From Flavobacteriales bacterium (lineage in GTDB: Bacteria; Bacteroidota; Bacteroidia; Flavobacteriales_F; PHOS-HE28), in assembly GCA_019638085.1 (NCBI GenBank), contig JAHBUL010000010.1:15656-79655 (forward strand): 64,000 nt of DNA. Reading direction: 5' to 3'. Made by a program: the position numbers and the translations under genes. Shown in pieces: positions 47,003-57,217 of this stretch (position 1 is the first letter of the stretch; each line of letters begins with the position of its first letter). The notes under the pieces are model-generated. The model did no database searches. It worked only from the letters and a program-made list of their open reading frames with translations, and was not told the DNA's origin.

Positions 47003-49927
47003 ATGAAGTTAAGATCCCTCCCTCTTCTGCTACTGAGCGCTGTATTGACCCTCAGCGCTACTGCGCAGAAGAAATACACGTACACCTCCGTCCCCGACGA
47101 TCCGATGCAGGTGCGCATCTACACGTTGGATAACGGGCTCAAGGTCTATCTCTCACAGAACAAGGACCGGCCCCGGATCCAGACGAACATCGTGGTCCGC
47201 GCCGGCAGCAAGTACGACCCCTCCACTGCCACAGGTCTTGCGCACTATTTGGAACACATGCTGTTCAAGGGCACGCATCAGATCGCCACGTTGGATTGGG
47301 CCACGGAGAGCGGTTATCTGGATCAGATCTCGGACCTCTATGAAAAGCGGCGCAATACCACCGATGAAGCCGAGCGGGCCTTGATCTACAGGCAGATCGA
47401 TAGCTTGAGCAATGTGGCGGCCAAGTATGCTGCACCGAACGAGTATGACAAGATGATCACCTCCATCGGCGCGAAGGGTACCAATGCCTATACCAGCACC
47501 GAACAGACGGTCTACATCAACGACATCCCCACGAACGCACAGGAAAAGTGGATGATGATCGAATCGGTGCGCTTCCAGGACCTGGTCTTGCGCCTCTTCC
47601 ATACCGAGCTGGAAACGGTGTTCGAGGAGTTCAACCGTGGACAGGACAACGACTATAGGAAGGCGAGCGAAGCCATGGACAAGGAGCTTTATAAGAAGCA
47701 CCCATACGGCACGCAGACCACCATTGGCACGGGAGAAGATCTGAAGAACCCCAGCATGGTGAAGATCCATGAGTACTTCAACACGTACTACGTGCCGAAC
47801 AACATGGCCGTGATCATGGCCGGTGATATCGACTACGACAGCACCATCGCCATGGTGGACAAGTACTTCGGAAGCTGGAAGTCCAAGCCTGTGCCGCAGT
47901 TCTCCTTCACGCCTGAGGACCCCATTACCAAGCCTGATACACTCAGCGTTCGCGGCCCCATGGCCGGTTGGGTGAGCATGGGCTGGCGCTTCGGTGGTAC
48001 CAAGAGCGGCGACCCCATCATGTTGGACCTTATCTCCGGCATCATGAGCAATGGCCAAGCCGGCCTGATCGACCTGGACCTGATCCAACAGCAGAAGGTG
48101 CTCGACGCCTATGCGTACTCACAGGAGCAGATGGATTATTCGCAATTCACCATGGGCGGCAATCCCAAGCAAGGGCAGAGCTTGGAGGAGGTCCGTAAAC
48201 TGTTGCTCGGTGAACTGGAAAAGCTCAAGAAGGGCGAGTTCGACGATTGGCTCATTCAAGCGGTGGTGAACGATCAGCGCCAACAGCGCATCCGCTACTG
48301 GAATGAAAGGAACAATCTTCGTGCATACGCCCTCACGGATGCGTTCATTCTCCAGAAGGATTGGAAGGATGTGGTGAATTATTTCGATCGCATGGCCAAG
48401 ATCACCAAGGCCGAGGTGGTCGCCTTCGCGAAGGCGAACTTCAAGGACAACAGCGTCACCGTATTTAAGCGGACCGGAGAGGACAGCACGGTCTTCCATG
48501 TGGAGAAGCCGACGATCACACCATTGGACATCAACCGTGCCGAGCAAAGCGAATGGTACAAGGAATGGTCTGCCATACCCGAGAGCCGACTGAAGCCCGA
48601 ATTCGTGGACTACAACACGGCCATCACACGGCGCACCTTGGACCACGATATTCCCTTGGCGATCATTCCGAATACCAGCAACGATCTCTTTACGCTGACC
48701 CAGATCCTGGACCTCGGCAATTATGATGACCCGAAGCTGAAGATGGCCGTGAACTACTTGCCATACCTGGGTACGGCGACCATGAGTGCCGAGGATCTGC
48801 AGAAGGAGTTCTTCAAGTTGGGCCTTCAATTCAGCGTATTTGCGGGGCAGGACCGCATGTATGTTTCCCTTTCGGGGTTGGAGGAGAACATGGAAAAGGG
48901 CCTGAAGTTGCTGGAGGGCCTCTTGGCCGATCCACGACCCGATGAGGAAGCGCTGGCCGAAATGGTTAAGGACGAACTCCAGGAGCGCAGTGATAATGTG
49001 AAGGACAAGAACAACATTCTATACGGCGGATTGATGAACTATGCGCGCTATGGCGAGCGCTCTCCATTGCGCAACATCCTTACCACCGATGAATTGAAAG
49101 CGGTGAAGTCCGCAGAGTTGATCGACCTCGTGAAGGGGATCAACACGCACAACCATCGCTTCTTCTACTATGGCAAGAAATCGCCGGATGCGATTACCGC
49201 CTTGTTGAACAAGAATCACAAGACACCGGCCACACTGAAGAGCTGGCCCCAGCCTGCACCCTATGTGGAACTGGCCACCGAGAAGGACCAAGTGTACTAT
49301 GTGGACTACGACATGGTGCAGACCGAGCTGATGCTGATGTCGAAAGGGGAACAGTTCAATGTGGCGAACATGCCTTACGCTTCGCTTTTCAACGAGTACT
49401 TCGGCTCAGGGCTTTCCAGCATCGTCTTCCAGGAGATCCGCGAGGGCAAGGCGCTGGCCTATTCAGCATACGCGGTTTACACCACGCCGGCAAAGAAGGA
49501 AGAGGCCAGTTACGTGCGGGCCTATGTGGGTACGCAGGCGGACAAGCTGGCTGATGCGGAAGCGGCGTTGAGCGCTTTGATGAGCGACATGCCAGCGGAC
49601 GAAAAAATGTTCGCTGGAAGCCGCGAGGCCGCACTGAAAAAGATCGAATCCGATCGCACTACCAAAGAGGCCATCTACTGGAGTTGGGAGGCCGCCCAGC
49701 GCAGGGGCTTGGATGAGGACGTGAACAAGATCATCTATCCGAAGATCCAGCAAAGCGACCTTGCTGGCCTGAAGGCCTTCTTCGATGCCAACGTCAAAGG
49801 CAAGCACTATACCTATCTGGCCATTGGCAAGGATGGCTCCTTGGACTTGGAGGCGTTGAAGAAGCTTGGGCCGGTGCGGAAACTCACGATCAAGGAGCTC
49901 TTCGGCTACGACGGAACGGAGATGTGA
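47003..49927 (+). CDS. M16 (insulinase/pitrilysin) family zinc peptidase, exported
   Basis: TLDNGL, GLAHYLEH (HxxEH), NAYTS, FQEIRE.KALAYS. Confidence 0.95.
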   Translation: MKLRSLPLLLLSAVLTLSATAQKKYTYTSVPDDPMQVRIYTLDNGLKVYLSQNKDRPRIQTNIVVRAGSKYDPSTATGLAHYLEHMLFKGTHQIATLDWATESGYLDQISDLYEKRRNTTDEAERALIYRQIDSLSNVAAKYAAPNEYDKMITSIGAKGTNAYTSTEQTVYINDIPTNAQEKWMMIESVRFQDLVLRLFHTELETVFEEFNRGQDNDYRKASEAMDKELYKKHPYGTQTTIGTGEDLKNPSMVKIHEYFNTYYVPNNMAVIMAGDIDYDSTIAMVDKYFGSWKSKPVPQFSFTPEDPITKPDTLSVRGPMAGWVSMGWRFGGTKSGDPIMLDLISGIMSNGQAGLIDLDLIQQQKVLDAYAYSQEQMDYSQFTMGGNPKQGQSLEEVRKLLLGELEKLKKGEFDDWLIQAVVNDQRQQRIRYWNERNNLRAYALTDAFILQKDWKDVVNYFDRMAKITKAEVVAFAKANFKDNSVTVFKRTGEDSTVFHVEKPTITPLDINRAEQSEWYKEWSAIPESRLKPEFVDYNTAITRRTLDHDIPLAIIPNTSNDLFTLTQILDLGNYDDPKLKMAVNYLPYLGTATMSAEDLQKEFFKLGLQFSVFAGQDRMYVSLSGLEENMEKGLKLLEGLLADPRPDEEALAEMVKDELQERSDNVKDKNNILYGGLMNYARYGERSPLRNILTTDELKAVKSAELIDLVKGINTHNHRFFYYGKKSPDAITALLNKNHKTPATLKSWPQPAPYVELATEKDQVYYVDYDMVQTELMLMSKGEQFNVANMPYASLFNEYFGSGLSSIVFQEIREGKALAYSAYAVYTTPAKKEEASYVRAYVGTQADKLADAEAALSALMSDMPADEKMFAGSREAALKKIESDRTTKEAIYWSWEAAQRRGLDEDVNKIIYPKIQQSDLAGLKAFFDANVKGKHYTYLAIGKDGSLDLEALKKLGPVRKLTIKELFGYDGTEM

Positions 49928-49939
49928 ACCGATCGGTTG

Positions 49940-49981
49940 AAACATGAACGGCGGACCAATTCGGCCCGCCGTTCGTGTTTT
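49940..49981. terminator. Bidirectional terminator between convergent genes
   Basis: aaacatgaacggcgg...ccgccgttcgtgtttt. Confidence 0.75.
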
Positions 49982-49992
49982 GGTGCAAGTGG

Positions 49993-51039
49993 TTAATGCG
50001 ACACCACGATGCGGATCGGAGGCCAGCTGCTCTCCACTGATCGGAGCACATAATTTCCTTCGGCCAGCTTGGACACATCCACTGCTGTGCGGCCGCTTTG
50101 AGGAACCATGCCGCTGCTGATCATCCTGCCCGTCAGGTCCAACAGCATCCACGTCCCTTGTGGATCGCCGGTTGCCGACCAGTGTATCGTTACTGTGGAG
50201 GACGCAGGGATGGGCGATACCGATGGCGCATCCGTGGGCAGCGATCGTATCCCCGTGGTGAAGTAGGGCTCTGACAGCACTTGGCAATTATTGCCGTAGT
50301 CCACGAATGCAGTGTACGGACCGGCTGAGGTGACGGTGATGCAATCCGTATTTCCCGCTGGCGCACCGGCCAAGTACCACTGCGTGCTGTTCCCTGCGGG
50401 GTATACACAGATCTGGTCTCCATTCGCCACGATGTCCGGTTGCATGGGTGGTGTGAAGGTGGCAACGACCTCCACGCCTATGCCCATGATGGAATTTGGG
50501 CAAACGCTGGGAGCCGCACTTACCGTGTACGACCCCGATGTCGTGACCGTCAGGACTGGAGAGGTTCCCTCGGGTGCGGGTATGGCCACTCCATTATTGG
50601 TCCACTGAATGTTCTCCGTATAGCCAGGCGACAAGGTGAGTGTCATGGTATCCCCCTCACAGAACAGGGATTCCCCATTTGCACCGGTCCCGATCGGCTC
50701 ATCGCCGCCGTGGATCACATAGGGGAGCAGGAACACCCACCCATCCACAAGCACGGGTGCGGACATTTCAGTGCATCCATCCAGCGTTGCTGAAACGGTG
50801 AAGCTCGAACCGGCATCGGCCCATTGGTCCACGGTCAAGGTCTGGCCGGTGGCACCGCTGATGGGTGAGCCATCCTTGTTCCACTGGTACGCATCGTAGA
50901 CCTGGGTGGTCAAGGTGCCACTTTCATTCGGGCATAGAATGAGGTCGCTTGGAAGAATGGTGGGGGTAAAGGGGCATTGAGCCGTCGCGGCAACTGCTGC
51001 GCTCATTCCAATGATCAAAAGGGTTGTGCGTGCATGCAT
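49993..51039 (-). CDS. Ig-like domain secreted protein with T9SS type A CTD
   Basis: Start MHARTT plus signal peptide; YQW.KDG..I.GAT; VSPIPA...LAEGNY CTD. Confidence 0.82.
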   Translation of the reverse strand: MHARTTLLIIGMSAAVAATAQCPFTPTILPSDLILCPNESGTLTTQVYDAYQWNKDGSPISGATGQTLTVDQWADAGSSFTVSATLDGCTEMSAPVLVDGWVFLLPYVIHGGDEPIGTGANGESLFCEGDTMTLTLSPGYTENIQWTNNGVAIPAPEGTSPVLTVTTSGSYTVSAAPSVCPNSIMGIGVEVVATFTPPMQPDIVANGDQICVYPAGNSTQWYLAGAPAGNTDCITVTSAGPYTAFVDYGNNCQVLSEPYFTTGIRSLPTDAPSVSPIPASSTVTIHWSATGDPQGTWMLLDLTGRMISSGMVPQSGRTAVDVSKLAEGNYVLRSVESSWPPIRIVVSH

Positions 51040-51294
51040 GAAGTGGGAGTTTTGGTTAAGCGAAATTATATAGAGAATGGAGCGCACTATTCCGGGCCGG
51101 TGGAACTTGTTTCGGTTACTCAACACATTGGCTGTTGATGTGGTCACCGCACAACCGGCTTTCGCTACGTGCGACCATGGAGGGCCATCTTCGTCGGCGG
51201 CCGTTCCCCTCCACAGCAAACAATTCCCGACCTTGTGCTGTTGTGCGGAGGACACGAACAGTTCCATCCACAGTAGCCGTACATCCAGTTGCCC

Positions 51295-53073
51295 ATGACA
51301 GTTGAAATGTGGTTCCTCTGTGCGGTGATCGCCGTGGCGATGGTGTTGTTCATCACCGAAAAGGTCGGCATTGACGTTACGGCGATCTTCATCGCTTTTG
51401 TAGTGATGGCCAGCGGCTTGGTCAGCATCCCTGAAGGATTGTCCGGCTTTTCCAACCAAGCGGCACTGACCGTACTTTCCTTGCTGATACTGAATACCGG
51501 GCTGGAGAAGACCGGGGTTCTGTATCTCGTTACCAAACGTTTGGTCGCTTTCACGGGGAATCAGGCTTGGAGCGTGCTGTTCATCCTGCTTCCCTTCATT
51601 GCATTGCTCTCGGCATTCACGAACAACACGGCGGTGATCGCCTTATTCCTACCCATGCTGGTGTTGATGGGGAACAGTAAGGGCATCAGCCCCAGCAAGC
51701 TGCTCATGCCCATGGCCTTCATCTCCATTTTGGGCGGGCTCTGCACCATCATCGGGACCAGCACGAACTTGCTGGTGAACAGCATTGCCCGTCAATACGG
51801 CGTGCCTCCATTCACTTTCTTCGAGTTTGCGGATATCGGGGCGGCCATGGTCGGTGCCGGTATTCTCTATCTCCTGTTGATCGGCCATCGGCTTGTTCCT
51901 GGGCGGCGCAAGCCCGTGAACATGGAATCCGAGGATCAGGAAGGTAAGTACCTCACCCAAGTGGTGGTACTTCAAGGCTCTCCGTTCATTGGCAGCATTT
52001 TGGAAGCGCGTGCGGCCTTGAAACCGTTCGGTGTGGAACTGTTGGCCGTACATACTTCCTCGCTGAAGCCGAAGGAGATCGAGGATCGAATGCTGGTGGA
52101 GGCCGGCGATCGGCTCTTGCTGCGGGGGTCGGCGGCGGGCATTGCGCGGTTGAAGTCGGGGAACAAGTATGCCATGACAGCCACGCTAAGCATGGAACGG
52201 GTGGTACTGCACAAGCAGGAAACCCATGTGGTGGAAGCCGTGGTGGCACCAGGCAGTGAGCTGATCGGAAGGAAGCTGCGCGACTTGGACCTACTGGCCA
52301 TGTATGAATCGGTACCCTTGGCGCTACGGCGTTCGGAACGTCCTTTGGAGAGCATCCTTGCGGATACGGAACTGCGGTTGGGCGATGTATTGTTGATCGA
52401 GACGAACGGGCAATTGGCCATAGACCCTGAAGTAGGGGAGGATCTGATCCTTCTGGATACCATGCCGATGGTGCGCAGTCTGCGGAAACGCTGGACTGCC
52501 GTGCTCATCTTCGCTGCTGTGATCGCTGTTGCGGCGGCCGGGTGGGTGCCCATCGTCATCTCCGCTTTGGGAGGTGTCATGCTCATGGCTGTTACCAGAT
52601 GCATCCATCTGAACGATGCGTACAAGCGGGTGGAGTGGAAGGTCTATTTCCTGATCGCGGGTCTGATACCACTGGGTATAGCCATCCAGAATACAGGGCT
52701 GGACGTGAAGATCGCAACGGGGTTCATCAGCGTCACCGCTGGACTCTCGTTCGCATGGGTCATTGGACTCATGTTCGGCTTTACCGTCATCATTACCAAT
52801 GTGATGGCCAATAACGCTACGGCCCTGCTGATGGCACCCATCGCGGTGAGCGTGGCCCAGCAGTCGGGCATCGACCCTAAAGCACTTCTTCTTGTAGTGA
52901 TGTTCGGTGCGAGCACCTCTTTTTTCACCCCGGTGGGCTACCACACGCTCACATTGATCTATTCACCCGGTCGATATAAGTTCAAGGACTATTTCTTCAT
53001 GGGCCTACCGCTCACCATCATCGTGGGCAGCATTGCTTGTTGGATGATCTGGCAGCGCTATGCTCCGGTATGA
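51295..53073 (+). CDS. SLC13/DASS-family permease with TrkA-C domains
   Basis: SAF.NNTA, SPSKLLMP, IGTSTN, cytoplasmic RCK-C repeats, ANNAT, TPVGY. Confidence 0.92.
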   Translation: MTVEMWFLCAVIAVAMVLFITEKVGIDVTAIFIAFVVMASGLVSIPEGLSGFSNQAALTVLSLLILNTGLEKTGVLYLVTKRLVAFTGNQAWSVLFILLPFIALLSAFTNNTAVIALFLPMLVLMGNSKGISPSKLLMPMAFISILGGLCTIIGTSTNLLVNSIARQYGVPPFTFFEFADIGAAMVGAGILYLLLIGHRLVPGRRKPVNMESEDQEGKYLTQVVVLQGSPFIGSILEARAALKPFGVELLAVHTSSLKPKEIEDRMLVEAGDRLLLRGSAAGIARLKSGNKYAMTATLSMERVVLHKQETHVVEAVVAPGSELIGRKLRDLDLLAMYESVPLALRRSERPLESILADTELRLGDVLLIETNGQLAIDPEVGEDLILLDTMPMVRSLRKRWTAVLIFAAVIAVAAAGWVPIVISALGGVMLMAVTRCIHLNDAYKRVEWKVYFLIAGLIPLGIAIQNTGLDVKIATGFISVTAGLSFAWVIGLMFGFTVIITNVMANNATALLMAPIAVSVAQQSGIDPKALLLVVMFGASTSFFTPVGYHTLTLIYSPGRYKFKDYFFMGLPLTIIVGSIACWMIWQRYAPV

Positions 53074-53091
53074 GGCGCTTGATCGAGCGAC

Positions 53092-53439
53092 TCAACCTCG
53101 TGGAGGGATCTCCCGCGTGGGCAGGATCCACTTCGGGGCCACATTGCGCCAGGCCAGGTCGGTGGCAAAGCGGAACAGCCGGTCGCCGCAATAGGCCATG
53201 AACACATTGGTCCAGCCATGTTGGCCCCATTTGTTCGGAACGGGAGCAAAGGCATCCGGATATTCCGCGCTGAATTCAGCTTGTTGCAGTGGGGTCAGCT
53301 TTAGTACCGTGCGTCCTTCATCCAGCCAAAGGGTCATGTAGATCTTCTTTTTCACGCTATAGCTGGGCCGGCCATGATGTTCCTTTTCGGCAGTGCCGGG
53401 CATGTCCAGCGCCATTTCACGGGCAGTCTCGAAATCCAT
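53092..53439 (-). CDS. MmcQ/YjbR-family protein
   Basis: AL..P...E..H.G.P...VKKKI, P...KWG..GWT, AW..VAPK. Confidence 0.82.
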   Translation of the reverse strand: MDFETAREMALDMPGTAEKEHHGRPSYSVKKKIYMTLWLDEGRTVLKLTPLQQAEFSAEYPDAFAPVPNKWGQHGWTNVFMAYCGDRLFRFATDLAWRNVAPKWILPTREIPPRG

Positions 53440-53550
53440 GCGGGGGAGTAAATGTCCTGCGGCACTGATCGGACAGGTCTTCATGCTCTCGCGATGGTGC
53501 AAATGCAACGCACGGAGCTGCTTGGTACCCCATATCGCAGTGGTCCACAC

Positions 53551-54528
53551 CTATTTCCCTTTTTTCTCCTCCTTCTCTTTCTCCTTGAAATACTTGCGGA
53601 AGAACCAGTTGCGTTGCAGCGCGCGGAGATCCTCGTTCAGTAGCATGGTGCCCGTGTCCAATCGGGTGAGGCTGCGGCGAAGGTCACCGGCCATGCCCGT
53701 GTCCGCCACAAGTGCATGTGCCAATCCCCCCGGGGCATTCAGTTGCTCGGCATAGCGCCTCAGCTCGTTCGTGGCCGCTTGCAACGAATCGCTGACGCCG
53801 GCCAAATTGTTGATCACGTGGTGGATCTGTGCCTCGGTGGCGGTATCGGCCACCAGCAGTCCCAATGCTCCCTTGCCGGCGCGTACATCGCGCAGCAAAG
53901 AGTGCATGTCAACGGTGATCCCTCGCGTGTGGTCCGCTGCGATGCGTAGCTCGGCCATGGCGGCAGCCAGGTCCTGCGCAAGCAAAGTATCCACCAGTAG
54001 GTCTACCGCGTTACCCGGTGTGTTCAGCTTGATCGCTAGGATACGTACCTGATCCGTGATCACTTCCAGGTTCTGGTTGGTGCGGCCCAACGTGTTCAGC
54101 ATGACGTCCGTGTCCAGGGTTGAACGCGTGGCAAGCACCGCACCTTCCGTCAGCGGGGTACCGGAACCTTCACCGGGTTCCAGGTTTACCAATCGGCTGC
54201 CCATCAGACCGTCGTTCCCCAGCGTGGCCACGGCCGTTGTGCGGATGTACCGGGCATCCTTCGTACGGATCTGCATCCCTACCACCACGGCCGTGTCGTT
54301 GAGGATGGAAATGCGGTCCACGGTTCCCACGTTGATGCCCATATACCGCACGTTACTGCCGGTCCTGAGCCCTCCGACCTGCGGGAAGGTGACTTCCGCG
54401 GACACCGTGCTGGCGAACAGGTTCTTTTTGCTCCCGATCAGATAGAGCGCCACGAGCAGGAGCGCGGCGGCGGCCAAAACGAATACGCCCAGCCTTACAG
54501 GGTCTTTGATCTTGTTGCCCATGGTCAC
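53551..54528 (-). CDS. mlaD: MCE/MlaD substrate-binding protein
   Basis: N-terminal TM, GL..G..VR..GI.VG.V, GLMG...V.L.PG. Confidence 0.9.
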   Translation of the reverse strand: MTMGNKIKDPVRLGVFVLAAAALLLVALYLIGSKKNLFASTVSAEVTFPQVGGLRTGSNVRYMGINVGTVDRISILNDTAVVVGMQIRTKDARYIRTTAVATLGNDGLMGSRLVNLEPGEGSGTPLTEGAVLATRSTLDTDVMLNTLGRTNQNLEVITDQVRILAIKLNTPGNAVDLLVDTLLAQDLAAAMAELRIAADHTRGITVDMHSLLRDVRAGKGALGLLVADTATEAQIHHVINNLAGVSDSLQAATNELRRYAEQLNAPGGLAHALVADTGMAGDLRRSLTRLDTGTMLLNEDLRALQRNWFFRKYFKEKEKEEKKGK

Positions 54529-55301
54529 ATGAAGATGAAGAAATTTTGGATCAGGGGATCTTGTGAGGCCCGGAATTGCTCGTAGGTGCCCTCGGCATAA
54601 TTACGCCCTTCATGAAGAAGGGCGATGCGGTTGGCTGCAAGGCGGGCCACATGCAGGTCATGCGATATGATGATGCTGCTTGTCCCGTAGGTATTTTGAA
54701 GTTCGAGGATCAACTCCACGATCTCTTTTCCGGTGATGGGGTCCAAACCGGTGGTGGGTTCGTCGTACAGCACGATCTCAGGTTTCAGGATCAACGTCCG
54801 GGCCAAGGCGATACGCCGTTTCATGCCGCCGGACAGCTCACTGGGGTACAAGGCGCGCGTATGTGACAAGCCTACAGCTGCGAGCATCTCCGTCACTAGG
54901 GCTTCCGCTTCGCCCGGCGTGGTGGCCATCCAATGGCGTCGCAGGGGGAAACGCAGGTTCTCCTCCACGGTCATCGAATCATAGAGCGCGCTGCTCTGGA
55001 AGAGGAAGCCGATCCTTACGCGGAGGCGGTCCAGTTCCTCTTGATCCAGCGTCAGCACGTCATGGCCGAGCACATCAACGCTGCCCCCGGTGGGCATCAA
55101 CAGGCGTACGATGCACTTGATCAGCACGCTCTTGCCGCTGCCGCTCTTGCCAAGCACCATCACGGTCTCGCCACGGTACAGGTCCAGATCGAAACCACGC
55201 AGCACCTTATTGGACCCGAACGCGAGCTGTAGACCCCGCAGGGACAGGACCTTTTCTTGGGAATGTCCGGCGGAAACGGGTTCTGGGTTGCTCTCTTTCA
55301 T
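54525..55301 (-). CDS. mlaF: Mla-type ABC transporter ATPase
   Basis: GKSGSGKS, FQSSALYDS, LSGGMKRR, YDEPTTGLDP. Confidence 0.92.
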   Translation of the reverse strand: MKESNPEPVSAGHSQEKVLSLRGLQLAFGSNKVLRGFDLDLYRGETVMVLGKSGSGKSVLIKCIVRLLMPTGGSVDVLGHDVLTLDQEELDRLRVRIGFLFQSSALYDSMTVEENLRFPLRRHWMATTPGEAEALVTEMLAAVGLSHTRALYPSELSGGMKRRIALARTLILKPEIVLYDEPTTGLDPITGKEIVELILELQNTYGTSSIIISHDLHVARLAANRIALLHEGRNYAEGTYEQFRASQDPLIQNFFIFM

Positions 55302-56078
55302 TCAATTAAGTCCGAGAAGATCGGTGATCTGCACGGCGAGCAGGTCGATGATGAAGATCAGGAGGGATGCCATCACCACGGCGTTGTGCGCGCTTCGCCC
55401 CACGCCTTCCGTTCCCTTGGCCGTGGTGAAGCCCTTGTAGCAACCAACTGCCCCCACAACAAAGCCGAAGAAGAAGCTCTTGATGAGAGCCGGTAGCACA
55501 TCACCCAGTTTCAAGGCATCGATCACTTGCTGATAGAAGAGCTGCCAGCTCAAGGGGTCCTTCATGTTCACCCCGATCCAGGAAGCCCAGATGGCGATAC
55601 CGCTGGCGAGGATCACCAACAAGGGCACCATCAGGGTGGTGCTCCAAATGCGCGTAACGGCCAGATAGCGGAACGGGTTGGTGCCGCTCACCTCCATGGC
55701 ATCGATCTGCTCCGTCACCTTCATGCTGCCGAGCTCCGCGCCCATGCCGCTACCGATCTTGCCCGCGCAGATCAACGCGGTGATCACGGGCACGATCTCG
55801 CGCACGACGCTTACGGCCACCATTGCCGGCAACATGCTCTCCGCGCCGAAGCGGGCGAGGGTGGGCCGGCTTTGTACGGTGAGCACCAGCCCCATGATGA
55901 AAGCGGTTACCGCTACCAATGGGAGGGAGCCGTTGCCGTTCAGCACGCATTGTCGAACGAATTCGCGCCACTCGAAACGGCGGTGGAAGGCATTCCGGAA
56001 AAAGCGCCCCACGAACATGGAGAATCCCCCCGTTTCCACTAGGAACGCATGGAGGGGCCCACGCCGTTTGGCTTTCAT
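55302..56078 (-). CDS. mlaE: MlaE-type ABC permease
   Basis: VRE..P...AL..AG..GS..AELGSM.VTEQIDA, G.EGVG; start MKAKRR. Confidence 0.92.
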   Translation of the reverse strand: MKAKRRGPLHAFLVETGGFSMFVGRFFRNAFHRRFEWREFVRQCVLNGNGSLPLVAVTAFIMGLVLTVQSRPTLARFGAESMLPAMVAVSVVREIVPVITALICAGKIGSGMGAELGSMKVTEQIDAMEVSGTNPFRYLAVTRIWSTTLMVPLLVILASGIAIWASWIGVNMKDPLSWQLFYQQVIDALKLGDVLPALIKSFFFGFVVGAVGCYKGFTTAKGTEGVGRSAHNAVVMASLLIFIIDLLAVQITDLLGLN

Positions 56079-56260
56079 AGCTGCAAGATAGGAGGTTCCG
56101 TATGGCTTCAGGCTTATCCGGGAGCTGGAAACATGCGATGATGCGGAGAATGGAGCATCGGAAGCTTCTGAGGGCAATGGGCCATAAAAAAGGCAATGGC
56201 TCTGGAAGTTCCTCCAGTCGCCGAACACGAACCACTTTTCAGAAACAAAATCCAACCCGG

Positions 56261-57112
56261 TCAAGGGAGCACGACCCGCTTGGCCTTGGTGCCCATCGCA
56301 GTGCTGACGCGCACGATCAACAGGCGGCCATGCAAGGTTCCGGCATTCCATGCCCAATCGGCCTTGCCGGTTGCGGTCATGCTGTGTGAGACCAGTAATG
56401 CCCCATCCACGGAGAAGACATCGAAGCGCACTTCCCCGGATGCTGGGGAAATGGCCATGAGCACTCGGTCGCTAGCGGGGTCGACCAACACGGAAAATCC
56501 TTGCTCCGATGTGATCTCTGAAATGACGGTTGTGGCGCAGTCCAGTGTATCACCGGAGTTGGTGGTGCCCAGGGTGGAGCACATCACAATGAAATCGGCA
56601 TTGTTGTCATCGGTGTCCACACCGTCCGGGAAGCGACCGATGCTGCGGCTGTCCCTCGTATTGTCGTCGGCTGCCTCGGTTCCGGTGCCTTCCGCGTAGC
56701 CGTTCAGAGTGCCTTCATAACTCAGTCGATCCACAAATGAACTGTCGCTGCGGAGGATGATGGCGATCGCATCGGTGGGGCCGTTTTGAATGGCGTTGGT
56801 CGCAGCCGTGAATTGAGCATCACAACCTGCGTTCGGATCTCCGCAGAGCGTGAAATATGCACCAGGAGCCAACATGGGCCAATCATCCGAAAAATAGGAT
56901 CCGTACACCACACCGGTCCCGCTGCTTCCGTTCACCATCAGTACGGCTATGGTGGAGAGGTCGAACGGACTGGTGCCCGTGTTCTTCAGCTCAAGGAATT
57001 CGGCGGCATCACTTCCCGGTTGATCGTAGTCCACCTCATTGATCACCAATTGGCTGAAGGCGGGAAATGCGAAAGTTGCGGCGAGCAGTGCGAAAGCGTA
57101 GCGTTGTGCCAT
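56261..57112 (-). CDS. Lamin-tail-domain secreted protein with divergent T9SS-like CTD
   Basis: LVINEVDYD...D..EF.EL.N, S.GR.PDG.DTDDN..DF. Confidence 0.8.
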   Translation of the reverse strand: MAQRYAFALLAATFAFPAFSQLVINEVDYDQPGSDAAEFLELKNTGTSPFDLSTIAVLMVNGSSGTGVVYGSYFSDDWPMLAPGAYFTLCGDPNAGCDAQFTAATNAIQNGPTDAIAIILRSDSSFVDRLSYEGTLNGYAEGTGTEAADDNTRDSRSIGRFPDGVDTDDNNADFIVMCSTLGTTNSGDTLDCATTVISEITSEQGFSVLVDPASDRVLMAISPASGEVRFDVFSVDGALLVSHSMTATGKADWAWNAGTLHGRLLIVRVSTAMGTKAKRVVLP

Positions 57113-57217
57113 AGTGTAGAGTTCTGACGTGATGTTCGAGCGAAAGGTAATCAAGGTGCAAAAGGCGTGGGCTTGGGCATTTTGGGCATGCTCCATTCAT
57201 GAATGGGTGTGAAGATC

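Noticed and set aside
51040-51459. Long N-terminal ORF extensions (also 55302-56357, 31962-33641, 58948-59667, 26405-27514, 12230-13138)
   Set aside because: They overlap neighbouring genes, promoters or REPs; downstream ATGs with signal peptides or -7 boxes fit better.
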